Assembly (NCBI GenBank): GCA_963714015.1
Contig: OY970223.1
Coordinates: forward strand, 736,001 to 800,000
Source: Vulcanimicrobiota bacterium
GTDB taxonomy: Bacteria; Vulcanimicrobiota; Vulcanimicrobiia; Vulcanimicrobiales; Vulcanimicrobiaceae
Direction of reading: 5' to 3'
Length of the DNA: 64,000 bases
In this document: positions 40,364-54,165 of the stretch, in pieces
Layout: every line of letters starts with the position of its first letter
Position numbering within the stretch: position 1 is the stretch's first letter
Made by a program: the position numbers and the translations under genes
Notes under the pieces: model-generated
The model's input: only the letters and a program-made list of their open reading frames with translations
Told to the model about the DNA's origin: nothing
Database searches by the model: none

Positions 40364-41987
40364 TCCGCCACTCCCAGCAATTCCACATGTCGGCGACGAA
40401 GGCCGCGGGTTTGTAGTTTTGAAGGTCGGTGTTCTTGGCGGTGTACGCGTTTTCCCAATAGAGAAACATCGCGGGCACGTCGGCATGGATGCGCTCTTCT
40501 TCGCGCTGATAGAGCGCTTTGCGCGCGGCGTGGTCGAAGGTGCGAAGAGCGGCGTCGGAGGTTTGGTCGACGACGGGATCGCGCAGCCACGACGTGTTCG
40601 CGCCATGCGGCGGAATGTAGCGGCTGTCCCCAAAGCCCCGAGTTGTCCGGGTCCGGAGCGTTCGTGTCGACGGACCATTCCAGATCGTAGCTGGCCCGTG
40701 TAGAGCGGACCGTCTTGCGCGAAGAGCAGGTTCACGGGATAGTTGCGGATCGCGAGATCGATGCCGAGCGGACGTAGATCGCTTTGGATCTGCACTTCCG
40801 CTTGCGCGTTCGGCTGATTGTTCGTGCCGGTAGAAATCGTCAGGTGCATCGCCAGCGGGCCTTTGTGCAGCACGCCGTCGCTGCCCATCGTCCAGCCGGC
40901 TTGCGCAAGCAGCGCTTTCGCGTGCGCCGGATCGTAGCGGTACGGCGGGATTGTCGGCGCCGCCCAGGACTGCGGAAAGACGTCGCTCACGGCAAGCTGA
41001 TTGACGCCATGGTAGACGGTGTCGTTGATGCGCTTCCAATCGACGCCTTCGGCGATGGCCAAGCGCACGCGGAAGGCCGCTCAGCTGCGGGCGGCTCATG
41101 TTGATCCCCAGGTGGCGCCAGTTCGCGACTAGCCGGTGCGTCACGGTAATTCCCGAAATGTTGCGAAAGCTGCGGAATGTGCACTTGATCGACGTCGCTG
41201 TATACGTCGATCTCGTGCGTCTGCAGTTGCGTGAACAGCGTGTTCGTGTCGGGAATGACTTTCCACAGCACTTCTTTGACTTTCGGCGCGCCGCGGAAAT
41301 AGTAGCGGTTGGGCACGAAAGAAAGCCACGCGCCGTGATTCCATTCGCGCAGAACGTACGGGCCGCTGGAGACGGGATGCTGGTTGAAACTCGCGCGATT
41401 GATGTCGGGAAGGGCGGCGAGCAGATGCGCGGGCAGCGGGGGATAGCCGTTCCGCCCATTGAGAAAATGCCGAGGATCGTGGCGTTCGGTTGCTTGAGAT
41501 GCACGATCACGGTCTGTGGATTCGGCGCGGATGCGGAGGCGATGTCGTCCCAGTTGGCGAGCGATTTCGTGTTGTTGCGCGGATTGAGCACGGCGTGGTA
41601 CGTGAACATCCAATCGGCTGCAGTGAGCGGGGCACCGTCGGACCAGCGCGCGCCGGCGCGCAAATGAAACGTCAGCGTCTTGCCGTCTTTGCTGATGCCG
41701 CCGTTGGCGTAACTCGGCACCTGCGTCGCAAGATCCGGGATCAAATTCCCGTCCGCGTCGTAGCGAAGTAAGTAGCTGAAGAGCATCGCGTCCGCTTCGT
41801 CGGTCGCGGTCGTGTGGCCGAACATCGGATTCAAACTATCGGGTTCGTCCGGTTCGCCCAGCCGAAGGACGCCCGACTGCGTCCACGCATTGTGGCCCGC
41901 CGTTTGCGTGTTGACTGCGGGCCGCGCGCAACTTGAGAACAACAGGGCGCAGATCGCAATGGAAGCGGCGCGCAATAGCCGGATCAT
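40359..41987 (-). CDS. Peptide ABC transporter substrate-binding lipoprotein (family 5), several frameshifts
   Basis: 'FSSC' lipobox, 'DEPDSLNP', 'PDLAT..P...NGGISKDGKT.TFHLR....WSDG.P.TA.D', 'SSGPY', ends 'WNCWEWRI'. Confidence 0.88.
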   Translation of the reverse strand: MIRLLRAASIAICALLFSSCARPAVNTQTAGHNAWTQSGVLRLGEPDEPDSLNPMFGHTTATDEADAMLFSYLLRYDADGNLIPDLATQVPSYANGGISKDGKTLTFHLRAGARWSDGAPLTAADWMFTYHAVLNPRNNTKSLANWDDIASASAPNPQTVIVHLKQPNATILGIFSMGGTAIPRCPRICSPPFPTSIARVSTSIPSPAARTFCANGITARGFLSCPTATISAARRKSKKCCGKSFPTRTRCSRNCRRTRSTYTATSIKCTFRSFRNISGITVTHRLVANWRHLGINMSRPQLSGLPRALGHRRRRRLEAHQRHRLPWRQSACRERRLSAVLGGADNPAVPLRSGARESAACASRLDDGQRRRAAQRPAGDAPDDFYRHEQSAERASGSADPKRSTSARHRSRDPQLSREPALRARRSALHGPATIWNGPSTRTLRTRTTRGFGDSRYIPPHGANTSWLRDPVVDQTSDAALRTFDHAARKALYQREEERIHADVPAMFLYWENAYTAKNTDLQNYKPAAFVADMWNCWEWRI

Positions 41988-41988
41988 G

Positions 41989-43063
41989 CTAGCGCCGGCG
42001 CACCGCGCGGTGCGGTCTTCTCCAAACGTTGCGCGATTGCGTTCCACAACGCGCCCGGACCGTACCGCACGACGTCGTCGGCAGGAAGCGCCGTTTCGTC
42101 GCGTGCTCGCTCGATCTCCGTCGTGCGCCCCTCGTTCCGAGAGGCCGAACGTGTTGAGCGCGATTGCGGCCACGCGCGCCGGTTTGACCGTTGCGCAGAG
42201 CGCTTCGTACGTTCGAATCAGCTCGCGATAGGACAGCGTCGGCGTACCGAACGCCTCGATGCGGGCGCGTTTCGGATCTGCGACCAGAATCAGCGCGTCG
42301 GGCGCAGCAGCCGAAAAGCAGCGCCAGCGTTACGGGCGCATACGCCGGATGGTTGATGCTGCCTTGGCCTTCGACCAAGATGCAGTCGGGGTCGCGCGCC
42401 GCCGCTTCCAGCACGAGCTGTTCGGCTGCGCCGGTCTGCAAAGTCGGAGATGACGCGATCGACCGCAATGCCCCATCCGGCGATCATGATTCCGGTTTGT
42501 CCCGTGGGAACGAACTCTGCACGCGTCCCCGCATCCGTCGCCGCGCGCGCAAGTTCGAGCATGACGGTCATTTCCCGACGGCGCAGTCGTTTCCGACGGC
42601 AAGCACAACCGGCGGTCGAACGACGTAAACGCTTCCGGAAAACAGCGGAACGTCCGGCGGTTTGCGCACGTCCCAAATCGTTGCGCCGCTGGGAACGTGC
42701 CGCATTGCGCAAACTCGGCATCATCGGCCAGCATGTCATGCAGTCCGCTCACGATCTCCAGCCCTGCGCCAATGGCGGTAAGCACTTCGGCGCGCCAGTC
42801 GGGCGGAAGTCTTCCGCCCTTCGGCGCGGTTCCGATCAGCAGCGACGTCGGTGAAAAGGCAAAGCCTTCACGCACGCTCGCGACGATCGGTGCATCGGAC
42901 TGAAGATACGGCAGCACGTCGCGGACGCGCTGTCCGGCAAGGGCCGGATCGACCACTGCAACGGTTGAGTCGCGGCTGTAACGGATGACGCCGTGCGCCG
43001 TTTTTGCATCGCCGGCGAAGCGCCCCGGCGCAAGAACCAGCATAGCGCCGCGATTCTAGGCAA
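41989..43063 (-). CDS. DUF1611 family protein (DgcN-like), several frameshifts
   Basis: 'AKTAHG..RYS', 'SGLH', 'TGQTGIMIAGWGIAVDRVISDF', 'VEGQGSINHPAY'. Confidence 0.85.
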
Positions 43064-44085
43064 CGGCGAGTCTTCTCACGCACGCCCAGTCCCGGAGCAT
43101 CGGGCAAAACGATCTTTCCGCGCTCGTACGCGATGCCGGTGAACGGATCGTCGCTTGGTGAGAAACGGCCCGTCGATGTCGGCCCAATCGACCAGCGGCG
43201 AAATGTGCGCCGCCGCCGTTGCGGAGATCTGCGACTCGACCATGCAGCCGAGCATGACTTTCATTCCGAGCGCGCGCGCCGTATGGATCATCGCGATCTG
43301 CGCCGCGAATGCCGCCCGTTTTCGTGAGTTTGACGTTCACGCCGTCGACGCAGCCGATGAGTTGCGGCAGATCGTCGGCCGTATGCAGCGAATCCTCGTC
43401 GGTGACGATCGGAATCGGGGACCGTTCGCGGACGTAGCGCAACTGCTCGGGATGGCCGGCGGGGACCGGCTGTTCGCAAAATTCGACGTCGAAGCGTTCC
43501 AATTCGCGCAGAAGCCGGACGGCTTCTTCGGCTGTCCAAGCCTTCATTGGCGTCGACCCGAATCGTTCCGGAGTATTTGCGAGCGGATGAGTTCGAGCGT
43601 CTCGACGTCGCGCGCACGCCCGATCCGAGTTTGACTTTCAAAATCGGATGGTCGCCGATCTCGACGAGCTTGCGCAGCGTATCATCCGGATCGCCGATGC
43701 CGATGGTGAACGACGTAACCGGCGTGCGTGACGGGATCCAGGCCGAACAGCCGGTAGAGCGGCTGTCCGCAGTCTTTGCCGATCGAGATCGTGAAGCGCG
43801 AAATCCAGGCCGCAGCGCGCGGCCGGCGGAATCTGCGGCGAGAGCAAAACGTCGAGCAGATAGGGATCGTCGCCCTGCGGCGGATGGGCGCGGAAATACG
43901 CAGGACGCTCTCGACGGACTCGCCATAGCGCTCGATGGGCGCCGATTCGCCCAGGCCTTCCAGGCCGCCCCAGTTGCGCGAAAAATAGCGGTGTGCGCGC
44001 ACGATCTTCGCTCCGAACGGGCGATCGTGAACGGATGGACGAGCGGAAGTTCCAGCGCGGTCACCGAAAGCGCAAGCAAAGCCAT
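43056..44085 (-). CDS. Dipeptide epimerase, enolase superfamily (AE epimerase/DgcA-like), several frameshifts
   Basis: 'HPFTIAR', 'KVKLG', 'RVDAN', 'EQP', 'DE', 'NVKLTKTGG', 'GCMVES', 'DIDG'. Confidence 0.85.
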
Positions 44086-44166
44086 GAGCCGGGCGTTCGG
44101 CGTTCGGCCGCCCGGCTCCGGCGAAGAGTGTCAGAGCGACGGCGCTACGCCGCTCTGCTTGCGAGG

Positions 44167-44347
44167 TTACCGTTTGTCGTCTTGCTGAGTAGAGGCTGAT
44201 CTTCGAGGCGGTCCTCGTCATCGGTCAAGCGCAGATTCGGCGGTGCCGCGTTCATCGCGCGGCTCCCCGTCGGCGGTGTCCGCCAAGCGTGCGGCTGCCG
44301 TAATCGCTGGGGTGGCCGATCAGTTCGCGCTTATTCTTTTCGTCCAT
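44167..44347 (-). CDS. Possible small acidic hypothetical protein (frameshifted)
   Basis: 'MDEKNKRELIGHPSDYGSRT...' continues only with frame changes. Confidence 0.3.
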
Positions 44348-44379
44348 CTGCCTGCAGCGCGCAGAGTACCCATCCGCTG

Positions 44380-44830
44380 CTAGCGCGAAACGGGCGTGGC
44401 GACGCGATACGGCGTGCCGCGATGATCGTATCGGACGGCTTCTCCCAGCGTGCGCGCGGCTTCGCGTTCGGAGCCGCGGATGACGCGGCGTTCTTCGAGA
44501 GTGTCGTACCGGCGCGCGCGCGTTGTTCAATGCATCTTCCCGGCCGGGCGATTCCACCGCATGATCCAGTTCGTGCGCCAAGACCGAGCGCCGGCGATTG
44601 CGTTCCGCCTCGCGTCGTGCGCAAAGCACTTCCGGATCCCATGCAATCGTATCGGTATTCGGATCGAAACGATCGTCGCTACGATGATTGATCGTGAGAT
44701 GAATCACCCGGCGCGAATGTTCGGCGCGGGCAAAGATGCGGCGCTCGCCCGGATCGCGGCAAAGGTACGATTTTGCAAGGCAGTAGTCTGCGCGAGCGGC
44801 GGCCGGGATCGAAATCGCCATGCGGCTCAT
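44380..44830 (-). CDS. Small HExxH zinc metallopeptidase-like protein, frameshifted
   Basis: Reconstructed 'DRFDPNTDTIAWDP.SALRTTRGGTQSPALGL.HELDHA...EERRVIRGSE'. Confidence 0.55.
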
Positions 44831-44935
44831 TCACGAAAAATCCGGCGCTGTCAAGTCTTGACCGCGGTGGTAAGGTTGGAACGTCGACTGCGCATGGCGC
44901 GCAGCGCACCATAGGTGCTGGACCAACGAGAGAAC

Positions 44936-45771
44936 CTAGGGAGCATCAGCTCCGGTAACGACAGTGCGGCTTGGCCTTCGCGGTTGCCGCTCTGGCGCCC
45001 GGGCCGCACCCACCTGCGAGAACGCAGGTTCAATACCTCGTGCGAAAGACGCTACGTGCGGTCGACGGCTTGCGAAAAGCGCGCCTCGCCACCGGCGAAG
45101 GGCGCTTTTCGCTTGCTCGGCGGTCTCGGCCCGTCCGTCCTGATCGATCGCCAGGTATCCTCGAAAGGCTCGTGTCAGCGCGGCTGACGATTCGACGGGC
45201 GTCTGCGAGTCGTGCCAGACCAGAACCATCTTTGCCAGCAGCGGCTCGGGTTCGAGCGCATCGTTCAGGCGCGCGAATTGGGGCGCGTACCGCAGCCACG
45301 CGGAGTCCGCTTCCTTCGAGACGCGTTTCATGTCGTGCGACCGATGCCGCAAAAGTCTCCGGCGCGTTTCGAACTGCGATGCGTGACGTTGTGCTTTTTT
45401 GCCAGCGATGTAGCCGCTCCGAGTTTTCCGAGCATCTCGGCTCCACGGCGCAGCCGTCTCGCAGCGAAAGCGGAGCGCTGACCAAAGGAGCGCCTATCGC
45501 CAGGGCCAGCGCAAGCGTCTGGTCGCATGCGCGCCGGCTCGCCTTCGAAAAACCCGCATCCGCAAATCGCCGCGACGTCGAGCCCCGAATCGACGGCCAT
45601 CTTCTTTACCTGGGCGAGGTAGTCCGTATCGGTGCGCGGAAAATGCCGCACGTCAAAAACGACGCCGTCGACGGCCAACTCGTACGCGCAGAGATCGATC
45701 CATTCCAATTGCGTCAGCTCGCCGCTGCGCAAAAATACGTCGAATGCCGTACTCGAGCACGCCAGTTTCAT
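44936..45771 (-). CDS. Sugar phosphate isomerase/epimerase-like TIM barrel protein, heavily frameshifted, 3' end uncertain
   Basis: 'MKLACSS...LTQLEWIDLCA.EL.VDGV...HFPRTDTDYLAQVKKMAVDSGL'. Confidence 0.5.
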
Positions 45772-45836
45772 CGGCGCGACCGTTTCGACCGCTTAATGGA
45801 AGGCCCTGCGCTTGTCTTGTGGGGCACGACACTAGA

Positions 45837-46364
45837 ATGAACATCGCACTCGGAGCCGATCACGCCGGCTATCAAGTAAAAGAACGCATCGCCGGCGCGC
45901 TGCGCAGCGGCGGTCACGACATTGCAGATTATGGAACGTGCGATGAGACGCCGGTCGACTATCCGCAGTTCGGTTACGCCGTGGGAGAGGCCGTCGCGTC
46001 GGGGCAATGCCGAGCGCGGCATCTTGGTGTGCGGATCGAGTCTGGGTATCTCGATGGCAGCAAACAAAGTTCCCGGCGTGCGCTGCGCGGCCGTCTTCGA
46101 ACCGCTGATCCCGAGCTGTCGCGCCGGCACAACGATGCAAACGTGCTCGCGCTCTCCGAACGCTTGACGGGCTGGGAAATGCTCGAGCGCATCGTGCAGG
46201 TTTTTCTAACGACTCCGTTCGACGGCGGACGGCATGCGTGGCGTGTGGAGCAACTTTTCGAATACGGCGACGCTCAACGCGAGCGCACGCTCAAAGCGCT
46301 CGAACGCGGTTCCGTTACGGACGCGCAGACCCCAGCCGAATTTCTCAAAGCCGGAGCATCGTAA
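45837..46364 (+). CDS. rpiB: Ribose-5-phosphate isomerase B, compensating frameshifts
   Basis: 'IALGADHAG', 'VDYP', '[15 protein letters not shown]', 'RRHNDANVL', 'FDGGRH'. Confidence 0.92.
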   Translation: MNIALGADHAGYQVKERIAGALRSGGHDIADYGTCDETPVDYPQFGYAVGEAVASGQCRARHLGVRIESGYLDGSKQSSRRALRGRLRTADPELSRRHNDANVLALSERLTGWEMLERIVQVFLTTPFDGGRHAWRVEQLFEYGDAQRERTLKALERGSVTDAQTPAEFLKAGAS

Positions 46365-46365
46365 A

Positions 46366-47615
<1,250 letters not shown>

Positions 47616-50109
47616 TTATTTCAAGGCCGCGTTCGCCGCGTGGACGAGGTCCGTGAGATGGGCAGCCGTGACTTGGTCGTGATGCCGGCGCATCGCTCGG
47701 GCGGCGTCGCTCGCGATGCGCTGGAGTTCGGCGCGGGCTAGCGAAACGGCGTCGCCGGGCGTTCCCTTTGCCGGTTTGTTCGCAAGATCGCCGAGTTTCT
47801 GCACGACGCCGAGTCTGCAGGTTGCGGCGGACCAGCGGAATCGTGCCGTTGCCGAGATCTTCGTAAATCGCCGAGTGCAGCCAGTTGAACAGATCCTGCA
47901 TCGACATCGTGGGCGCCGTCGCCAACGACCGGGTTTTCATCGATACGCGCGAGCACCAGCGGCATGAACAGGTAGTCCACGGTCCGCAGCTGTTCGCCGA
48001 TTGATGCGCTCGATAAGCGGAAAGTCGTGGCGTGCCGGCGGATCGTACGCCCATTTGGGCAGATTGCCGTAGCCTTCCCAGCCGGTGTATCCGTAAGCCG
48101 GCCCATTCCGAGTAGGACAAGTGCTGCAGAATCCGCGGCGGCACGGGGAACGCGTTCGCGCTGAACAGGTACTGGTTCAGAATCGCGAATGCGCGCCGTT
48201 CCTCCGCGAGCGGCACGGGAACGACCGGCGGCTGCGGCGCCGGGGTCACCGCGATGCGCGCGTGAGAGGTACTGGCCGCCGAAATAATGCGCCGGCACGG
48301 TCGCGCAATTCATGTAACCATAAGAACAGGTTGCTGAAGGCGTTCGTCTCTTGCTCGTAACTGTTTCCCGGTTCGCGGCCAGAGATCGTTCAGGAATCCA
48401 ACCTCCGCGCGGTCCATCTTCATCTGCATCTCGACACCAGCCCAGCGGATCGTTCGTAAGCATTCCAGTCTCCACGCGAGGATCGGCGGAATGGCCGTTC
48501 TCCAGTTCTCGCCGTCTTCGTCCGAAGCGTAGCGCGTCCAAGGGTTAGACCACGCCGCAGCCCAGCGCCGCAGCGTCGGCAAGCTCTTCTTCGGGCGTCT
48601 TTGCATCGGGAATGTACGCGTAGCCGTAATTGAATCGCGTAGTAGTCGTACGGGCCGATCGTCGTTTGGAAATATTCGCCGTTCGGCGTTCCGCGCGGCC
48701 ACAAGTTCAGCGGCGCGTACTCCATGACGGATGACGTGACGCCGTGTTCGCGCGTGAACGACTCGCTTTGCAATTGCGGCCGCCGTGTAGGCTTCGTGCC
48801 CGATGAAGTTGTGCTGCAACCCTTGATTGTGGCCCATCTCGTGAACGAGCGCGGCGAAGATCGAATCGTGAACGAATTTGGCCGGTACCGGGATCCGTGT
48901 TATGGCCGTAGCGCGCCGGATCGACGACGTATTTCCAGGACGTAGTACGGCTCGATGCCTTCGACCGCCGAAACGATCACGCCGGTGCGGATCTCTTCAC
49001 CGGTGCGCGGATCGAAAAGCGTTTGCGAGTCGGCGCCGAAGGCCGGGGTCGCTTCATTCAGCCAGCGAATGACGTTGTAGCGGTAATCGTCCGGGTCGAA
49101 GTTCGGATCCTGCGGCTGCGGCTGCACTTTGATCGCATCGAGAATGCCGATCTTCGCATACGCTTTGTTCCATTCCAAACATGCGTCGGTTATGGCTTGA
49201 CGGTACTGCGGCGGAATCGTGTCGCTCAGCGTAATGACCATGGGATGTCGAGCGCGCGACGGATGCCCGGGATCGGCCGGATCGAAGTTCCAGCGCACGA
49301 TGTAGCGCATTAGACGCGTATCGCGCCGGTCGTTCGAGAAATCCACATAGATGTCGTCGTAGATGCCTACGCGATCGTCCGCCAGGCGCGGGCGGTAATC
49401 GTCGCTGGGCAACTGCACGAAGTTGTAGACGACCTTGATGCGAAGATGACGCGCGTCGGGAGCGGTATCGATGACGTGTTTGGCGTCGGTCGACCATGTC
49501 TGCGCCATGGTGATGACGTCGTTGATCGGGAAAGCTTTTACCTGGTCGACGTACGAGAGATCCGAATCCAAATGGTATTGCAGAATCCGCGGGAAGGCCT
49601 TCGTCGACGATGTTTTTCAGATCCAGCTGGTCGCTCATCAGCGCGGACGTGATGTCGAAGACGATGTTGCCGCTCGTCGCGTCCTGCGCGGCGATATCGC
49701 CGATGCCTTCGACGGAATCGGGGAAATTGCCGACGTTGGCCAGTTCGTTCGACGGACTGCCGGGCGCCTGCGCATACCAGTTGGGCCAAAGAATCGACGA
49801 CTTGATCGCCGCGCCGCTCGAAGCGCACCAGTTCGGTCGGAAGATAATCCGTATCGCCCCACCATACCGGCCCTTGCCCAGGCCGTTGCCCGGAACGATC
49901 GTCTCCATGTAATCCTTGTCGAGCTGGTTCGGCGCAAGTTCCAAATACGTTTTGCCGTCTTTCTGCCAGATCGTGAACAGCCCGTGCTTGGCTTGCGCGC
50001 CCGCGGTGAACGTTGCGTACGCTTCGGGTCCGGCTGCGCGCGCCGCGGCAGGAGCGAAGATGGTGATGCCGCAGCCGCAAACCGCGGCCGCGATGATACG
50101 GATTTTCAT
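47616..50109 (-). CDS. Secreted zinc-dependent metalloprotease (DUF5117/DUF4953 Met-zincin type), many frameshifts
   Basis: Signal peptide; 'YRPRLADDRVG', 'WNKAY', 'DPRTGE', 'HEMGHNQGLQHNF', Met-turn 'SSVMEY', 'IGPYD'. Confidence 0.85.
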
Positions 50110-50182
50110 GCAACAGGCTTCGGTTGGAGCGAGCCCAAACTCTCTTGGCCAAACGCCATGGCACCGAGCAGAGAGTCCCCTT

Positions 50183-50837
<655 letters not shown>

Positions 50838-50864
50838 GCGGGGGGCATAGCGAAGGCCTTTCCC

Positions 50865-51300
50865 ATGCGGCCCGGATGGGATGAATACTTTATGCAGATC
50901 GCTCGCACCGTCGCAACGCGCGCCACGTGCCCGCGCGCTTCGGTCGGCTGCGTGCTCGTTCGCGAGCATCGAATACTGACGACGGGATATAACGGCTCGC
51001 CGCGCGGCGCCGCACATTGCACCGAGGTCGGATGCACGCTCGAGCAACGGCCATTGCGTTCGCGCCACTCATGCCGAAGCCAATGCCGTCGTCCAAGGGG
51101 CGCTTCACGGCGTCAATCTCTCGGATTCGATCGCATACTGCACGCACCAACCGTGCGTGCATTGCTCGAAGCTGCTCATCAGCGCGGGCGTGCGCAAAAT
51201 CGTCTACGACGTTGCCTATCCGGATCCCGTCGCGCAGGAGCTGCTCGCCGAGGCCGGCGTCGCGCAAGTGCAGTTTTCGGGGATGGAAGTCCGAGTCTGA
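50865..51300 (+). CDS. dCMP deaminase-like cytidine/deoxycytidylate deaminase, frameshift near 51045
   Basis: 'RPGWDEYFM', 'RATC', 'TGYNG', 'HAEANA', 'THQPCVHC'. Confidence 0.88.
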
Positions 51301-51318
51301 TGACTCCGTCGCTGTATC

Positions 51319-52359
51319 TTGTATCTGGCGGCGTTTGTCATCGCGGGCGTCGCCTCGTGTCTGCTCACGCCGTTCGTCGCCAAACTGGCCCATCACGTGG
51401 GCATGATCGACGAAGTCGGCGAGCGCCGAATGCACGACGTTCCCAAACCTCGCATCGGCGGCATAGCCGTATTCTTCGGCTTCGCGTTTGCGCTTTTCGC
51501 GGTACTAGGGGTCGCACTCAGCCACGTGCACGGCTTTTTCCCGGTCGACCAGCACGAGAGCCGCATGCAGCAACTGCGGGATCAGCTCGAAGGCGCCCAT
51601 AACCTCGTGGGTCTGCTCTTCGGCGGAATGCTGATTTTGGGCGTAGGCTTGTGGGACGACATCATGGGGATGCGGCCGCGCTACAAGTTTACGGCGCAGA
51701 TCGTCGTAGCCGGAATCTCGATCGTCTACGGGTTCGTGATCACGGATTTTCTCAATCCCGTCACGCATCAGTACGTCGACTTTCCGCTCTGGCTGAGCAT
51801 TCCGCTAACGCTGCTGTGGTATCTCGGAATGATGAATGCGATCAACTTCATCGACGGGCTCGACGGATTGCTCTCCGGATTCACCGCCATCTCATGCATC
51901 TTTCTCTTCGCCATCGCGATGACGAAAGGAAATCCGGTCGTCGCGCTCATCGTGATTACGCTCGCGGGCGCGGCACTTGGATTTTTGCCGTATAACTTCA
52001 ATCCGGCGCGGATCATTCTGGGCGACACCGGCTCTTTGTTCATCGGCTATGCGTTCGCAACCGTTGCGATCATCGGCACTTCCAAGACGGCAATCGCGGT
52101 CGGTTTGGTCGCGCCCCTCGTCGTGCTGGCGCTGCCTATTGTCGACACCGCGGCCGCGATCTACCGCCGCGCCCGATCGGGCCGCAAGATCACCGAAGCG
52201 GATCGCGGGCATTTCCACCACCAGCTGATCTTCCGCTACGGCCTGAACGTTCGCCAAGCGGTGCTGTTGATTTATGCGATCTGCATCGTGCTCGGTGCGG
52301 TCGCGCTGCTGCTGGCAGGCGGCTTTCACGGATTTCTCCGCACGGCGGCGATCGGATGA
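51319..52359 (+). CDS. Undecaprenyl-phosphate GlcNAc-1-phosphate transferase (TagO/WecA, MraY-like)
   Basis: 'PRIGG', 'GLWDD', '[12 protein letters not shown]', 'YNFNPA.IILGDTG', 'DRGHFHH'. Confidence 0.9.
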   Translation: MYLAAFVIAGVASCLLTPFVAKLAHHVGMIDEVGERRMHDVPKPRIGGIAVFFGFAFALFAVLGVALSHVHGFFPVDQHESRMQQLRDQLEGAHNLVGLLFGGMLILGVGLWDDIMGMRPRYKFTAQIVVAGISIVYGFVITDFLNPVTHQYVDFPLWLSIPLTLLWYLGMMNAINFIDGLDGLLSGFTAISCIFLFAIAMTKGNPVVALIVITLAGAALGFLPYNFNPARIILGDTGSLFIGYAFATVAIIGTSKTAIAVGLVAPLVVLALPIVDTAAAIYRRARSGRKITEADRGHFHHQLIFRYGLNVRQAVLLIYAICIVLGAVALLLAGGFHGFLRTAAIG

Positions 52360-53514
52360 GCCGGCCGCTGCGCGTAATGTCCGTGTTCGGAACGCGGCCG
52401 GACACAATCAAGATGGCGCCCGTCGTGCAGGCGCTGCAGAACCACGCGCAGATCGAATGCATCGTTTGCGTGACCGCGCAGCACCGGCAGATGCTCGACG
52501 ACCTGCTCGATCTCTTCGAGATTCGTCCGCACTTCGATCTCGACATCATGACGCCGGATCAGACGCTGACCGACATCACCACGCGCGTGCTGATCGGTAT
52601 GGAAGGCGTGCTCAAATCCGCGCTGCCCGACGTCGTCCTCGTGCACGGCGACACGACGACGAGCACGGCGGCGGCACTTGCCGCGTTCTATCAGCAGATT
52701 CCCGTCGGTCACGTCGAGGCGGGGCTGCGCACCAGCGATCCGTGGGTGCCGTTTCCCGAAGAGATGAACCGCCGTTTGACCGGAACGATCGCTTCCTACC
52801 ATTTTTCGCCGACGGAACTCGCTCGCGAGCATTTGTTGCGCGAAAACGTTCCGGCCGAATCGGTGATCGTGACCGGCAATACCGTAATCGACGCTTTTTT
52901 GGCAACGGCAAAGCGGCGCGACCTGGGCAAACCGCCCGGCTGGGAGCGTCTGGATACGGGACGCCCGATCATCCTTGTGACGGCGCACCGGCGCGAGAAT
53001 CACGCGCATATGCGCGAAATGTGCGAAGCGATGCGCGACATCGTGCACTTGCCCGCAGCTCCGCAGATTCTCTGGCCGGTGCACCCTTCACCGCGCGTGC
53101 GTCCCGTCGCGTATGCCGTTTTGGGCACGGAACCGGCCGTTATGCTGGACGATCCGCTGGACTACGCGCAGATGGTCGCGGCAGTGCGAGAGTGCACGTT
53201 CGTGCTCACCGACAGCGGCGGCATACAAGAAGAAGCACCCGTGCCTAGGCAAGCCCGTGCTCGTCATGCGCGAGGAGACCGAGCGGCCCGAAGGCGTGGA
53301 GGCCGGCACGCTGGAGCTTGTCGGACACGAGCGTGCGCGGATCGTTTCCGCTGCTGCTCAGCTGCTCTCGAACCAAAGCAAATACGAGCGAATGTCGCGC
53401 GCGGTAAATCCATACGGCGACGGTCAAGCCTCCGAGCGCATAGCGGAGTGGCTGCTGGCGCGGCTGCGAGCCGGTACCTATCCTCAGCCGTTCCGAACCG
53501 AACTTGCCGGATGA
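52356..53514 (+). CDS. wecB: UDP-N-acetylglucosamine 2-epimerase (non-hydrolysing), frameshift near 53240
   Basis: 'FGTRPD.IKMAP', 'HGDTT', 'HVEAGLR', 'HRREN', 'TDSGGIQEE', 'NPYGDG'. Confidence 0.93.
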
Positions 53515-53711
53515 AGCCCAGCGGCGCCTGGTCGATGGCCGCGGCCGGCGCTACGTTTGCGGGCAGCGTGATCGTCGGGCTTGCTCTGAGCTTATGGCTG
53601 GGCGGCCGCGAACATCAGCAGTACATACTCGCCGGGCTCTTCGCGGGAATTGCGGTCGGCGGTTACTCCGCGTATCGTTTGGTCGCGTCCGCGCTCACCA
53701 ACACCCGCTAG
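53511..53711 (+). CDS. AtpZ/AtpI-family small membrane protein
   Basis: 66 aa, two TM helices, first gene of the atp operon. Confidence 0.6.
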   Translation: MKPSGAWSMAAAGATFAGSVIVGLALSLWLGGREHQQYILAGLFAGIAVGGYSAYRLVASALTNTR

Positions 53712-53720
53712 CCGACTGCC

Positions 53721-54152
53721 GTGGCCGACGAGGAGGAAAGCCTCTCTACCCGCCGTAGTTACAGCCCCGCCGAAGCAGCGGCCGACCTCGCTTTCTATAA
53801 TAAACTGAAGAAAAGGGCGAGTCTCGGCACCCTCGCCGTCTTGACTCTTCCGGTTCTGCTCCTTGCGGTTGGGAGCCCGTGGCTTGGTCTGAGCCTGGCT
53901 TGCGGCGGAATCGCCGGCCTACTCAACGCGCTGCTCTCGATGCACGGGAACGAACGCCTTTTGGAGCGCCGCAGCGTTGCAGCGTTCGTCTTAAGTAGTT
54001 TCGTGCGAATCGGCCTCTTCGGTATAGTGCCCGTGGTGCTGACGGTCGAAAAACCGTCACTTTGGACGCTAGGTTGCTACTTCGTCGGGTTTTTTACACC
54101 ACTCGCAGTCTCGGGAATACTGGTTCATCGGCGCGACCGCCGAGGCGGCTAA
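53721..54152 (+). CDS. atpI: ATP synthase protein I
   Basis: Four TM helices directly upstream of atpB. Confidence 0.7.
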   Translation: MADEEESLSTRRSYSPAEAAADLAFYNKLKKRASLGTLAVLTLPVLLLAVGSPWLGLSLACGGIAGLLNALLSMHGNERLLERRSVAAFVLSSFVRIGLFGIVPVVLTVEKPSLWTLGCYFVGFFTPLAVSGILVHRRDRRGG

Positions 54153-54165
54153 ATGGGGCATTTGA

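Noticed and set aside
44131..44158. Hairpin CAGAGCG...CGCTCTG as a terminator or riboswitch upstream of the epimerase
   Set aside because: Only a 7-bp stem, with no clear U-tract and no recognisable aptamer.
52356..53711. WecB fused to a membrane tail
   Set aside because: The frameshift near 53240 moves the true WecB end to 53514; the tail is the separate small atp gene starting at 53511.
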